From: Lachnospiraceae bacterium
GTDB taxonomy: Bacteria; Bacillota; Clostridia; Lachnospirales; Lachnospiraceae
NCBI GenBank assembly: GCA_024691305.1
Contig: JAILNS010000031.1
Location: forward strand, 64,657-128,656
Length of the DNA: 64,000 nucleotides
Direction of reading: 5' to 3'
Position numbers and translations under genes: made by a program. Under the pieces are notes generated by a model. It did not search any database and was not told the DNA's origin. It saw only the letters and a list, made by a program, of their open reading frames with translations. This document shows, piece by piece, positions 45,021 to 56,600 of the stretch; position 1 is the stretch's first letter, and each line of letters starts with the position of its first letter.

Positions 45021-45920
45021 ATGATAAACGGGATCATAAATGTATATAAAGAACCCGGCTTTACTTCACACGATGTTGTGGCAAAGCTAAGAGGGATCAC
45101 TCATCAAAAGAAGATAGGTCATACGGGAACTCTCGATCCGGACGCAGAAGGCGTCTTATGTGTTGCACTCGGAGCTGCCACAAGAGTCTGCGATATGCTG
45201 ACGGATGAGACCAAAGAGTATGAAGCCGAAATGCAGCTTGGCATCACGACGGATACTCAGGATACTTCCGGAGAGATCCTTTCCGGGAAAGAAGTAAATG
45301 TCACTGCAGAGCAGTTAAGGCAGTGTATATCCTCTTTTACAGGCGATATTGATCAGATACCGCCTATGTATTCCGCACTTAAACAAAACGGAAAGAAATT
45401 ATATGAACTGGCCAGGGCGGGAATAACCGTTGAGAGAAAGGCCAGACATATAACGATATATGACATACAGATCGTAAGTATGGACCTGCCCAGGGCGGTT
45501 ATCAGGGTAAAGTGCTCAAAGGGGACATATATACGTACTCTTTGTAACGATATAGGCGAAAAACTCGGGTGTGGTGCGGCTATGTCGCATCTTTTAAGAA
45601 CCCGTGTCGGACGTTTCAAGGTAGAAGATTCACTGAAGCTTAAGGATATAGAGAAGATCGTAAGAGAAGACAGGATAAATGATGCCCTGGTAACGCTTGG
45701 GGAATTCTTTTCCGATCTGAAGCAGATAAAGGTAACTGAAACAGGTATAAAAAAAGCATCCAACGGAAATGTGCTTACAACATCGGATATAGGTTTACAT
45801 AATACATTATCCGATTCCGAAGAAGTAGCGATATCCGGGGAGGATGGTTTTTTTTATGGGATTTACAGATATGACATCGGTGATGGACTGCTTCACCCAT
45901 CCAAGATGTTTTTGTGCTGA
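45021..45920 (+). CDS. truB: tRNA pseudouridine(55) synthase
   Basis: GIINVYKEPGFTSHDVVAKLR…GHTGTLDPDAEGVL…PPMYSALK…. Confidence 0.95.
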   Translation: MINGIINVYKEPGFTSHDVVAKLRGITHQKKIGHTGTLDPDAEGVLCVALGAATRVCDMLTDETKEYEAEMQLGITTDTQDTSGEILSGKEVNVTAEQLRQCISSFTGDIDQIPPMYSALKQNGKKLYELARAGITVERKARHITIYDIQIVSMDLPRAVIRVKCSKGTYIRTLCNDIGEKLGCGAAMSHLLRTRVGRFKVEDSLKLKDIEKIVREDRINDALVTLGEFFSDLKQIKVTETGIKKASNGNVLTTSDIGLHNTLSDSEEVAISGEDGFFYGIYRYDIGDGLLHPSKMFLC

Positions 45921-45922
45921 TC

Positions 45923-46864
45923 ATGCAGATCATTTCGGGAATAACTGATTTTCAACTGAATAATGATTCGGCCGTGGCTATAGGTAAGTTTGACGGTGTT
46001 CATCTTGGTCACAGGATACTTATAGAGGATATCGTCGGAGTATCATGCAAGGATCCGGGACTTAAGAGTGTGGTTTTTACATTTAATCCTTCACCGGAGA
46101 GCCTTTTTGTGGGACATGCCCTTCCGGAACTTACTACCACGAACGAGAAAAGATTCATTTTTGACCGTATGGGAGTCGATGTCCTTATAGAATTTCCGAT
46201 GAATCAGAACACGGCTGCCATCACAGCGGAAGAATTCGTGACGGATTATCTGGTTAAGCGTATGCGTGCCGGGGTCATCACGGCGGGTGTCGACCTGTCA
46301 TTTGGGTATAAGGGACTTGGAAACGCTGACCTTCTTGAAAGACTCGGAAAAGATAATTCTTATGAGTGTCATATAATCGACAAGGTTACTTATAAAGGAG
46401 AGGAGATCAGTTCCACAAGGATAAGGAATGCGTTATCCGACGGTGATATGGAGACTGTAAGTGCGCTTCTTGGCTCACCCTACAGGGTTTCCGGGGTTGT
46501 GGCTCATGGGCGTAAACTCGGCCGTACCATAGGTATGCCTACTGCCAATGTGATAATACCTCCCGATAAGATGACAGGCCCCAAAGGCGTATATTACTCC
46601 AAAGTATATACCGCTGAGGGCGTATATCCGGCAATAAGCAATGTCGGAGTTAAGCCTACGGTGATAGATGATGAGCTGCTTTGCTGTGAAAGCTATATAT
46701 ACGGCTATGACAGGGATATTTACGGACAATATATCGAAGTCGAACTTATGCATTTCGTTCGTCCGGAGCGTAAGTTTGAAGGCATAGAAGAACTGAAGGA
46801 TCAGATGCAGCACGATATCGCAGGCGGGATGTCATATCATCATCTTTTGAAAAAAGAAGAATGA
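45923..46864 (+). CDS. ribF: Bifunctional riboflavin kinase / FMN adenylyltransferase
   Basis: AIGKFDGVHLGHR…, FTFNPSP…, RISSTRIR…, GRKLGRTIGMPTANV…. The start is ambiguous between GTG 45914 and ATG 45923. Confidence 0.92.
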   Translation: MQIISGITDFQLNNDSAVAIGKFDGVHLGHRILIEDIVGVSCKDPGLKSVVFTFNPSPESLFVGHALPELTTTNEKRFIFDRMGVDVLIEFPMNQNTAAITAEEFVTDYLVKRMRAGVITAGVDLSFGYKGLGNADLLERLGKDNSYECHIIDKVTYKGEEISSTRIRNALSDGDMETVSALLGSPYRVSGVVAHGRKLGRTIGMPTANVIIPPDKMTGPKGVYYSKVYTAEGVYPAISNVGVKPTVIDDELLCCESYIYGYDRDIYGQYIEVELMHFVRPERKFEGIEELKDQMQHDIAGGMSYHHLLKKEE

Positions 46865-46873
46865 TGGTATAAT
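46865..46873 (+). promoter_or_regulatory. Extended -10 promoter (TGgTATAAT) for the D-lactate dehydrogenase gene
   Basis: TATAAT at 46868-46873 with an upstream TG, immediately after the ribF stop. TTGAAA at 46847-46852 is a possible -35. Confidence 0.45.
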
Positions 46874-46956
46874 TAACTTTACTGCGCGTATTGTGACGTG
46901 ATCAGAGAATCCATATAGACCGATCTGATATAAGGTATGAATTAACAGGAGGAATA

Positions 46957-47946
46957 ATGAAACTTCTTTTTTATGCAGCAAAAACATATGATAAGAAATC
47001 TTTTGATCCGGTTTGCGAAGCTTCTTTTCCTGATATCGATATAGATTATATCGATCATGAGCTTGAGCCGAGAACCGCTACTCTTGCAAAAGGATATGAT
47101 GCGATATGTGCTTTTGTAAGTGCAAATGTCGGTGCGGATACTCTTACGATACTTAAGGATTGCGGAGTTAAGGCCGTACTCATGAGATGTGCCGGATTTA
47201 ATAATGTCGATACCGACAAGGCCAAAGAACTGGGAATAGTCGTAAAACGTGTTCCCGCATATTCACCCGAATCGGTTGCGGAACTTGCGATGGCACTCGC
47301 AATGGCTGTTAACCGCCGTATATATAAGGCATATAACAAGGTACGTGAGAATGATTATACTTTAAAAGGTCTTCGCGGCGTTTTAATGTATGGAAAGACA
47401 GCAGGTATAGTAGGTACCGGTAAGATCGGGGCAGCTATGTGCAGGATCTGCCGGGGATTTGGCATGAATGTCATAGCATATGATGTTTACGAGAATCCTT
47501 CCCTTAAGGATTTTGTGGAGTATGTATCGCTTGATGAACTGCTTGAGCGAAGCGATCTTATCTCCCTTCACTGTCCTCTCATGGATAATACCTATCACAT
47601 GATAAATATCGAAAACATCAGGAAAATGAAAGACGGAGTCATCCTGGTCAATACGTCCAGGGGAGCGCTTGTCAATACCGAAGAACTTATAGAGGGAATC
47701 CGTTTAAATAAATTCCTCGGAGTAGGCCTTGATGTATATGAAGAGGAAACAGGTAATGTATATGAGGACAGATCAGATGAAATAATGATGCATTCGGTTA
47801 CATCACGACTGTTATCATTCCCGAATGTACTGATCACATCACATCAGGGATTCTATACAATGGAAGCACTTGAGTCCATAGCAGAGACTACGCTTCAGAA
47901 TATGAAGGATGCAGCCGAAGGAGTAAGTACTCCGAACGATTGCTGA
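46957..47946 (+). CDS. ldhA: D-lactate dehydrogenase (D-isomer-specific 2-hydroxyacid dehydrogenase)
   Basis: N-terminus MKLLFYAAKTYDKKSF, NAD site GIVGTGKIGAAM, and the catalytic R/E/H context (…NTSRG…, …TSHQGFYT…). Confidence 0.85.
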   Translation: MKLLFYAAKTYDKKSFDPVCEASFPDIDIDYIDHELEPRTATLAKGYDAICAFVSANVGADTLTILKDCGVKAVLMRCAGFNNVDTDKAKELGIVVKRVPAYSPESVAELAMALAMAVNRRIYKAYNKVRENDYTLKGLRGVLMYGKTAGIVGTGKIGAAMCRICRGFGMNVIAYDVYENPSLKDFVEYVSLDELLERSDLISLHCPLMDNTYHMINIENIRKMKDGVILVNTSRGALVNTEELIEGIRLNKFLGVGLDVYEEETGNVYEDRSDEIMMHSVTSRLLSFPNVLITSHQGFYTMEALESIAETTLQNMKDAAEGVSTPNDC

Positions 47947-47962
47947 ACGGATACGGTAATTT

Positions 47963-48826
47963 ATGACACAGGTTCTGGTTAACTTTAATACCTGGCTTGA
48001 GAGCGTCGGCATATTAGGTGGGATCATAAGGTTCGTTATCGCTGCTTTATGGGCGGTTTTGGCAGTAACTGTAGTATTTAGGATCGAACGTTATTTTTTC
48101 TCCAAGCGCCTCAAGTCAAACAATAAGATACAGGTCAGGTTTGTTGAGAATATCCTGCGTATCGTGATAATCATAGTTGCGGTATTCTGGGTATTTAATA
48201 ACAGCGGTACAACCGATAATTTCGGTAAGGTCCTGTTTCAGGGAACTGCCATAGTCGGTGCAGTGGTAGGTCTTGCGGCACAGTCCGTTATATCGGACTT
48301 GTGTTGCGGTATCATGATAAGTGTCTGCAAACCGTTTGATATCGGAGACCGTATAGAGCTTGAGTCCGGTATTGTCGGAATAGTCAAAGACATAACCATA
48401 AGACATGTTGTACTGCAGAGCATAGGCACTACGGACATCATCATACCCAACAGTGTGATCAATTCCATGGCCGTGACCAACATGAGCCACGGAACATCTA
48501 CATCGATCATGTCCGTATATATGAAGTTTAATATCGCATATGGCAGCGATGTTGAACTTGCCATGGAACTTATCAAGAAGGCTGTTTTAGACAGCACATT
48601 TACGATCCCGGCACATCCGGGCGGAACAGGCATAGATTACAGTCCGGTATATTTTATTGAATATGCCGATTCGAGTCTGGTGCTTGCAACTACGGTTTAT
48701 TATCTTCCGGAAGTTATTACAGGTGAAGTCAGAAGTGATATAAACCTGCGGATAAACCGTGCGTTTAAGGAGAATGGTATCGAGATACCTTATAATTATA
48801 TGAACGTAGTAATGCGTGATTCATAA
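47963..48826 (+). CDS. Small-conductance mechanosensitive channel (MscS family)
   Basis: Three TM helices, the pore helix GTAIVGAVVGLAAQSVISDLCCGIMI and KPFDIGDRIEL, followed by the beta domain. Confidence 0.85.
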   Translation: MTQVLVNFNTWLESVGILGGIIRFVIAALWAVLAVTVVFRIERYFFSKRLKSNNKIQVRFVENILRIVIIIVAVFWVFNNSGTTDNFGKVLFQGTAIVGAVVGLAAQSVISDLCCGIMISVCKPFDIGDRIELESGIVGIVKDITIRHVVLQSIGTTDIIIPNSVINSMAVTNMSHGTSTSIMSVYMKFNIAYGSDVELAMELIKKAVLDSTFTIPAHPGGTGIDYSPVYFIEYADSSLVLATTVYYLPEVITGEVRSDINLRINRAFKENGIEIPYNYMNVVMRDS

Positions 48827-48837
48827 TGGTAGGATGT

Positions 48838-50184
48838 ATGAAAAAGAAAAATAGATATTATGTAAACTTAATCACGGCTGCGGCTTTGGCTGTATCGGTA
48901 TTTACAGGTGGAGCATCAGAGGCTTATGCCATAAATACCATAAGCGTGATCCCCCTTGTTCCGACTTCTACGGCAAGTACTTCGGGCTCCGGATACGGTT
49001 CAAACGATCCTCTTATATCGGGACTTGGAGCAGGAGCATCCTCGCAGAATACGGGGGCTGACACTTCGAAGGAAGACTCAAACACAGGTTTAGGTACTGA
49101 GAAAACCGGTACTGATAATACTGCTTCTGTGCACGAAGCGTTAAGTGTATTAGGCACATCAGCACTTGGGAGTATTAAATCAACCGAAACAACAGATGAG
49201 AATAATTCCGAAGATACGGAAGATGATCAGATACAAACGGCCAAGGATGCGTTTGATGTATCTGCCGGTGCAGGAGCAGGCACCCTGTTTGGGCGTAAGA
49301 CAGAAGAAGAATATATAGCTGCCAGAGAAGCCATGGAAGGTGCAAACTGGGGATATACGAATCTGGGTATATCCAATGTCAGCGATAATCTGAATATACG
49401 TGCTCTTCCCGGAGAAGACGGCAAACTGGTGGGTAAACTACCCAAGAATGCCGCATGTGAGGTACTTGAAGAAGAAGGAGACTGGACACATATAACTTCC
49501 GGTGAAGTGGATGGATATGTTAAGAGTGAATACCTTTTGACAGGACTACAGGCCAAGACCAGAGTACGTGAATTTGTAACGGATATCGTAAAAGTCGGTG
49601 CTGATGGCTTAAATGTACGAGAGGAGCCTAATACCGATTCCCCGGTAGTAACTCAGGTTGCCACCGGAGAGATACTCGACTATATAAGCACTGAAGGCGA
49701 CTGGGTTGCAGTTATGCTGGATGATGAGACTGTATATGTTTCTGCCGATTATGTCGAAGTTACCAGCGAACTTAACACCGCTCTTACCATGACCGAAGTA
49801 TTATATGGAGAGGGCGTTTCGGATGTAAGAGCCGATCTGTGTAATTACGCACTTCAGTTTGTCGGAAATCCTTATGTATGGGGTGGAGTAAGCCTGACTA
49901 AAGGGGCTGACTGTTCAGGCTTTGTTCTGAGCGTATTTAAGAATTACGGGGTATCACTTCCGCATTCTTCAAGGGCTCAGGCCAATATGGGCACCAAGAT
50001 AAGCCTTGGTGAGGCCAAGGCCGGCGATCTGGTCTTTTACGGAAACGGCAGGAGGATCAACCATGTAGCAATATACCTTGGAGGCGGAAGAGTTGTGCAT
50101 GCATCGAATCCAAGAACGGGTATTAGAGTGTCCAATGTCGGATACCGAACCCCTGTCAAGGTAGTCAGGATATTACAGGATTAA
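48838..50184 (+). CDS. Secreted NlpC/P60 (C40) cell-wall peptidase with two SH3b domains
   Basis: Signal peptide MKKKNRYYVNLITAAALAVSVFTGGASEAYA. SH3b-like repeats (LNIRALPGEDGKLVGKL…, LNVREEPNTDSPVV…). Catalytic core GADCSGFV…INHVAIYLG…HAS. The ORF track's 48826 start is 4 codons upstream. Confidence 0.88.
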   Translation: MKKKNRYYVNLITAAALAVSVFTGGASEAYAINTISVIPLVPTSTASTSGSGYGSNDPLISGLGAGASSQNTGADTSKEDSNTGLGTEKTGTDNTASVHEALSVLGTSALGSIKSTETTDENNSEDTEDDQIQTAKDAFDVSAGAGAGTLFGRKTEEEYIAAREAMEGANWGYTNLGISNVSDNLNIRALPGEDGKLVGKLPKNAACEVLEEEGDWTHITSGEVDGYVKSEYLLTGLQAKTRVREFVTDIVKVGADGLNVREEPNTDSPVVTQVATGEILDYISTEGDWVAVMLDDETVYVSADYVEVTSELNTALTMTEVLYGEGVSDVRADLCNYALQFVGNPYVWGGVSLTKGADCSGFVLSVFKNYGVSLPHSSRAQANMGTKISLGEAKAGDLVFYGNGRRINHVAIYLGGGRVVHASNPRTGIRVSNVGYRTPVKVVRILQD

Positions 50185-50187
50185 TAT

Positions 50188-53100
50188 ATGTCCATTCAGT
50201 TTGTGTGCGGCCCTTCGGGGTCAGGTAAAAGTACATATATTCAGCGTAAACTGATAGAAGAATCCATTAATGATCCGGGACGGAAGTATTTGCTGATCGT
50301 TCCGGATCAGTTTAATATGCAGACACAGCGCAGGATGATAGAACTGCATCCGGATCATGCATTTTCTTCTATAGAAGTTCTTAGTTTTTCGCGTCTTTCT
50401 CACCGCATACTTGAAGAAGTGGGTGGAGAAGATATTCCGGTTTTGGACGACACGGGCAAGAGCCTTATAATCAGGCGGATCGCTTCGGAAGTTGCTCCGG
50501 ATCTTGGTGTCATGTCTTCAAAACTTGACCGCTACGGTTTCATTCATGAGATAAAGTCAGTTATATCCGAGTTTATGCAATATTCCGTTACTCCGGACGA
50601 TCTGCACCTTATGATCGAAAAGACTAAGGAACGCATATCCCTTACCGCTAAGTTGATCGACATAGAAGTCATATATCGTGCTTTTATGGCATATAAGGCG
50701 GATAATTATATTACCAGGGAAGAGACACTTGAACTTGTCCGTAGCAGTTTACATAAATCAGAACTGGTTAAAAATGCGGTTATTGCTTTTGATGGATTCA
50801 CGGGCTTTACTCCGATCCAGGAGAGGGTGATCCAGGAACTCATGTCGCTGGCAGGACATATATATTTCACATTTACTTTTGAACATGGAAGGAATATATA
50901 CGATAACCTTTCCCGTGAAGATATGTTTTATCTGTCATACCGGTCCGTTGACAGGTTAAAGAAACTTGCAGACGAGGCTTCTGTTATTGAAGAGGATCCT
51001 ATCTATACCGATCATTTAGGGCATACCCCCGAAGATCTTGATCATCTTGAAAGATCCTTATTTCGATATAAGGTTACGCCTTACGATAAGAATCCCGATC
51101 ATATCAGTATTTACAAAGCCGGCAGCGTAGCTGCAGAGGTTTCCGATACTTTTGACCGTATCAGGAGCCTGATAATAGATAAAGGATACAGATACAGGGA
51201 TATAGCAGTCGTTGTAGGCGATATGTCCTTGTACGCTGATGAGATAGCCAGGCAGGCTGTGGCATTCGGAATGCCGGCCTATATGGATTACAGCCGGTCG
51301 ATACTTTTATCTCCTTTCATAGAAGCCATAAGCTCAGCATATGATGTTATTAAATATGACTATTCAAGAGAGACGGTAATAAGACATTTACGAACAGGCT
51401 TTGGGCCCCTTTCGGCAGAGGAAACCGATGAGCTGGAAAACTTTTTATTAAAAACCGGGATCAGGGGACGGGTTTCATATGAACATACATGGACGACCGG
51501 TCAGGCTGACAGGGAACTCTCTGATGCGGAACTTAAAATACAGGCAGAGACTCTTGAACGGATAAATTCCATACGCAAGAAAGTTTATGATCATTTTATA
51601 AGTTTACATAACACTGACAACAAGGTAAGCTCATATGCATCCTCTTTATATGCATTCATGAGCAAAACCGGAATGTATGAACGCCTTATATCAATGTCAG
51701 AGGCGTTTAAGGAAACCGGCGATCATGTACGTGCGATGCAGTATGAACAGGTCTTTACTAAGGTTTGCGAACTCCTTGATCAGATAGTCACTCTTTGCGG
51801 TGACGAATCGATGGAAAGGGATGAATTTGTTCATATCTTCGAAGCCGGCCTTGGCGAGATCAGACTCGGCGTTATCCCCGCGGGAGCCGATGAAATTGTA
51901 GTGGGAGATATAGTCCGTACACGTCTTGAGGCTGTTAAGGCATTGTTCCTGCTCGGTGTCAGCGACGATAACATTCCGGGTAATATTTCGTCCGGAGGGA
52001 TCATTTCAGATCTGGACAGGGAGTTTTTGAGTGATTCTTATGGGATTGAGCTTGCGCCTACGCCCAGGGAGCAGATCTTTACACAAAGACTTTATCTGTA
52101 TATGAATATGTGTAAGCCTGCAGAGGAACTTATCATTTCCTATGCTTCTGCGGATGAAAAGGGAACAGCTATACAACCGTCATATCTGATTTCTACATTA
52201 TGTAAACTATATCCCAAACTTACAGTCCGCTCATCGTTTTCAACTCATACATACGGAAGATATACGGTACCTACCGACGAGAGTACCATAATCACGGTTT
52301 GCGCGGATATGATGCGTGAATATATAGCCGGAAGACTTGAAAAGGAAGATCAGGACAGACTTATCGATCTTATCGGAGCCATCAGCGATCATGGGAAAAA
52401 AGAAGAATTCAAAAAAGTATATAACATGAGTACCATGCATTATGAGCATACACCGCTTTCACACCAAATAGCCCGCGCTCTTTACGGCAGTGTTATGCAG
52501 ACGTCGGTAAGCAGATTTGAGAAATTTGCGGCCTGCGCATATGCTCATTTTTTAAACTACGGTCTGAGATTATATGAACGTCCCGAGTTTTCTTTTGAAC
52601 GGTCAGATATGGGAGATGTATATCATAAGGCTTTGGAAGCATTTTCCGTAAAAATGGCTGAAGAAAAGATAACATGGGACATCATAGACGATAAACAGGC
52701 TAACGAATGGGCCGATGATATATTAGAAAAGCTGATGTCGGTATACGGCGACAATATCCTTGTATCCAGCCACAGAAACATTGCTCTTAGCGGGCGTATA
52801 GGACGTGTGATCAAAAGAAGTATCGATACATTAAAATACCAGATCACTTCAGGTGATTTTATCCCTAAGTATTTTGAAAAAAAGTTCGGTGCCGACAGGA
52901 AGTTGACTCTTCCGGATGGAACGGCCCTTGATTATAAAGTTACAGGTAAGATCGACCGGATGGATGTTTATGAAAAGGATGAAAAGAAATACTTAAGAAT
53001 CGTGGATTATAAGTCGGGAAATAAGGATTTTGACATAACGTCTCTGTACTATGGTCTTATGATGCAGCTTGCAGTATATATGAGCAGAGCTGTGGAAGAG

Positions 53101-53613
53101 GAAGAAGGATCCGTGCCTGCCGGAATGCTGTACTACCACATAGATGATCCCATGACAGATTCCGACCATGAACTGACCTGTGAAGAATCCATTGAGAATG
53201 TCCGTAAGAAACTTAAGATGAAGGGTGTTGTGAACAGTGATCCGGAAATCGTATCCATGATGGATAAGGCCCTGGAAACGGCGTCGGGTTCTTCGGTTGT
53301 ACCGGTGGGATACAAAAAGGACGGATCATTTACATCCGAATCAAAGGTTTATGATACCAAAGATTTTGAAACTATCCTTAAGTATGCCGAACATAAGATG
53401 GATGAACTTGCTTCAGAGATAATGAACGGTGATATAAGTGTAAGACCGTCTGTTGTCGGAAACGGAGATCTGCCGTGTAAATACTGCGATTATGCATCTG
53501 TATGTCACATTGCATCCGGAATCCCGGGGTATAACGGCGTGAGGTATAGCGGCGAGGATAATGATACTGTCATTAAGAAAATGAAAGAAGAGCTTGGAGA
53601 GAGCGAATCTTAA
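50188..53613 (+). CDS. addB: ATP-dependent helicase/nuclease subunit B
   Basis: N-terminal CGPSGSGKST. C-terminal PD-(D/E)xK nuclease (…IDRMD…VDYKSG…) with Fe-S cysteines CKYCDYASVC. It lies directly upstream of addA. Confidence 0.92.
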   Translation: MSIQFVCGPSGSGKSTYIQRKLIEESINDPGRKYLLIVPDQFNMQTQRRMIELHPDHAFSSIEVLSFSRLSHRILEEVGGEDIPVLDDTGKSLIIRRIASEVAPDLGVMSSKLDRYGFIHEIKSVISEFMQYSVTPDDLHLMIEKTKERISLTAKLIDIEVIYRAFMAYKADNYITREETLELVRSSLHKSELVKNAVIAFDGFTGFTPIQERVIQELMSLAGHIYFTFTFEHGRNIYDNLSREDMFYLSYRSVDRLKKLADEASVIEEDPIYTDHLGHTPEDLDHLERSLFRYKVTPYDKNPDHISIYKAGSVAAEVSDTFDRIRSLIIDKGYRYRDIAVVVGDMSLYADEIARQAVAFGMPAYMDYSRSILLSPFIEAISSAYDVIKYDYSRETVIRHLRTGFGPLSAEETDELENFLLKTGIRGRVSYEHTWTTGQADRELSDAELKIQAETLERINSIRKKVYDHFISLHNTDNKVSSYASSLYAFMSKTGMYERLISMSEAFKETGDHVRAMQYEQVFTKVCELLDQIVTLCGDESMERDEFVHIFEAGLGEIRLGVIPAGADEIVVGDIVRTRLEAVKALFLLGVSDDNIPGNISSGGIISDLDREFLSDSYGIELAPTPREQIFTQRLYLYMNMCKPAEELIISYASADEKGTAIQPSYLISTLCKLYPKLTVRSSFSTHTYGRYTVPTDESTIITVCADMMREYIAGRLEKEDQDRLIDLIGAISDHGKKEEFKKVYNMSTMHYEHTPLSHQIARALYGSVMQTSVSRFEKFAACAYAHFLNYGLRLYERPEFSFERSDMGDVYHKALEAFSVKMAEEKITWDIIDDKQANEWADDILEKLMSVYGDNILVSSHRNIALSGRIGRVIKRSIDTLKYQITSGDFIPKYFEKKFGADRKLTLPDGTALDYKVTGKIDRMDVYEKDEKKYLRIVDYKSGNKDFDITSLYYGLMMQLAVYMSRAVEEEEGSVPAGMLYYHIDDPMTDSDHELTCEESIENVRKKLKMKGVVNSDPEIVSMMDKALETASGSSVVPVGYKKDGSFTSESKVYDTKDFETILKYAEHKMDELASEIMNGDISVRPSVVGNGDLPCKYCDYASVCHIASGIPGYNGVRYSGEDNDTVIKKMKEELGESES

Positions 53614-53616
53614 ACT

Positions 53617-56600
53617 ATGGAATTTACAAAAGACCAGCAAAACATTATAGATGCAAGGGATTGCAGTCTGATCGTCTCTGCAGCAGCCGGAAGCGGAAAG
53701 ACAGCAGTGCTTGTCGAGAGGATAATCAGGCTTGTCACTGATCCGGAGGCACCTGTTGATATCGACAGCCTGCTTGTGGTCACATTTACCAATGTAGCAG
53801 CTTCCCAGATGAGGGAGAAGATCAGGAATGAACTTGCCAAAAGAGCGGAAGCTTATCCGGACGATGATAATATCAAAAGACAGGCTACCTTGTTACACAA
53901 TGCACGTATAACGACCATTGACTCATTCTGTCAGTTTGTCCTGAGGAATTCTTTTGCCGATATTGATATAGATCCGGGCTTCAGGATCGCCGAAGAAGGA
54001 GAGAATAAGCTGATCGAAGCTGATGTGCTCGATGAGATCATTGAGAAGAACTACGAAAGTGGTGATGAGGATTTTCTGTATCTGTCGGATCATATAGCAA
54101 CCGGGGCGTCTGACTCGTCGCTTGCTGAGGCCATTTATTCGGTGTATACCAAGGCAATATCGGATCCCTGGCCGTACAGATGGCTGGATAAACACTCCCG
54201 CGACTATGAATGTGACAGTGACGCTAAATTGTCGGGGTGGATCGTGGATATGGTAAGAAAGAGAGCCATATCAAAGCTTGAAATAACGTTTGATATCTAT
54301 AAAAAAGCAATAGAAACAGCTGAAACCGGTGGCGTACATCAGGATTATATCGATTTCCTGGAGTCAGAATATGAACTCATACAGGGTGTAGCCGACAGGC
54401 TGAAAGAAGATGATGAGGCGGATTATGATACAGTCCGGGACCTTGTCTTTTCCATTCCTTTCGACAGACTCCCTTCAAAGAAAGATTCCGGTGAAAACAA
54501 AAGTTTAAGGGATAAGGCCAAGTCATATCGCGACCGGGCAAAAGATACCGTAAATTCCCTAAAAACCAGATATTTAAGTGGCAGTGAAGAAGATGCGGTA
54601 CGTCATATACAAAACAGCGGCAGGGCAATTAAGGCTTTGTGCAAGGTGACTGCCGAATATATGGATGCGTTAAGAGCTGCAAAAGCCGATAAAGGAATAT
54701 TGTCTTTTTCCGATTGCGAACATTATGCTCTGGATATCCTGGTTCATGTAAATGATGATGGAAGTATTGAACTAACCGATACGGCGGCTTCATACAGATC
54801 GCATTTTAAGTATGTATTTATCGATGAATATCAGGATTCGAACATGATACAGGAATTGCTCCTGTCAGCGGTGTCCGGTGAATCCGAGGGTATATACAAC
54901 AGGTTCATGGTGGGTGATGTTAAGCAGTCGATATACCGCTTCAGACAGGCAGAACCCGAGATATTCATATCCAAATATCGTGAGTATAAGTACGACGATC
55001 CCAGAGAACGTAAGATAGACTTAAATAAGAACTTCAGAAGCAGAAAACAGGTTATAGACTCCTGTAATTCTCTTTTTGAAAAGATAATGAATGAGAGCAG
55101 TGCGGGCTGTGACTACGATGAGCATTCCGCACTTAAAACGGGTGCGGATTATCCCGACCCTGACAACGATGACTATATCACTGAGCTCATCTTTACGGAT
55201 GTGAATGACTGTGAGGATGATGCAAAGTCCGAGGGTGAAGTGATAGCTGAGCGGATAATTGAAATGATGGAAAGCAGGATGCAGATCAGAGATCCCGAAA
55301 CCAAAGAGATGCGTCCGGTTAGATACGGAGATATCGTCATTTTGTACCGCGCCGGGATAAATGATGCAGTCACATATAAAAAGGCACTCGAAAAGCGTCT
55401 GATACCTGCTGTTCTTACCGGAAGTACAGGGTATTTTGAAACTTATGAGATCCGTACACTGATGAATTTTCTTCGGATCGTTGTAAATCCGCTTCAGGAT
55501 ATCCCTTTTTACGGAGTACTGAATTCTGTCATAGGAGGCTTCGATACCGAAGATATTGCTCTAATAAGCACTTTATACAGGGATTCGCTCGAAGCCGGGG
55601 TGCGCCCGGGTAAAGGATATCTGTACGCTGCGTGCAAATATGTCGCTGATAAAGATACAGACAGTGAAGAAGCTAAGGCCGGTAAAGATAATAAGGACAG
55701 TAATGACAGTAAGGAACGGGATCTGACCGACAGGATCAGGGATTTTCTTGAAATGATAGAAAAATACCGTGGTTACTCGGAATTTTTAACCGTACCGGAA
55801 TTGCTGGTAAAACTTCTTGATGAAACGGATTATAAGGCACTTGTGACTTCCATGCGCGGCGGGGTAAGGCGTGCTGCAAATGTGGATATGCTCGTGCGTA
55901 AGGCTTCGGATTATTCCGGGACTTCGTATTTTGGACTGTATAATTTCATACGATATATCGATAATCTTGAACAGACCGCCACACAGGATGCTGAAGCCGA
56001 GACCAACGGAGAAATGACACAAACTGTCCGCATCATGACCGAACATAAGAGCAAGGGCTTAGAATTTCCCGTGGTGTTTATAGCAAGAATCGGGAACATG
56101 TTCAACATGACGGATACCAAAGGAAATGTTATCTGTGATCACGGTGTGGGAATAGGCATCAAAGACAATGATATAGAAAACCGTGTAAAATACGATAATC
56201 TCATGTACAGATATATTTCAGACCATATACATGATCAGACGCTGGCTGAAGAAATGCGTATTTTATATGTATCAATGACCCGCGCCATGGAGAAGCTGAT
56301 AATCGTATGTGCGGTAAAACCCGAGCATATACTTGATGATGATAATGTACTTACCTCTAAGGTGATCAAAAGACCAAAGTCTAATTTAAGATACATAGAC
56401 TGGTATCTGCAGTGTATATGCGATGAAGAGGGTGAAGACAGCATTGTGTTTGATGACGAACACGGTGAACGTGTTATAGCCTCCATGCATATTAAGATCT
56501 CCATGACCGAAGAGCATGAAGAAAGTGAGTTGGAGAAGGCTGTGGATGCTTCACTTGCCGAAACTATGGTACATTCCGTTTTGGAAGCAGGTGCTGCGGT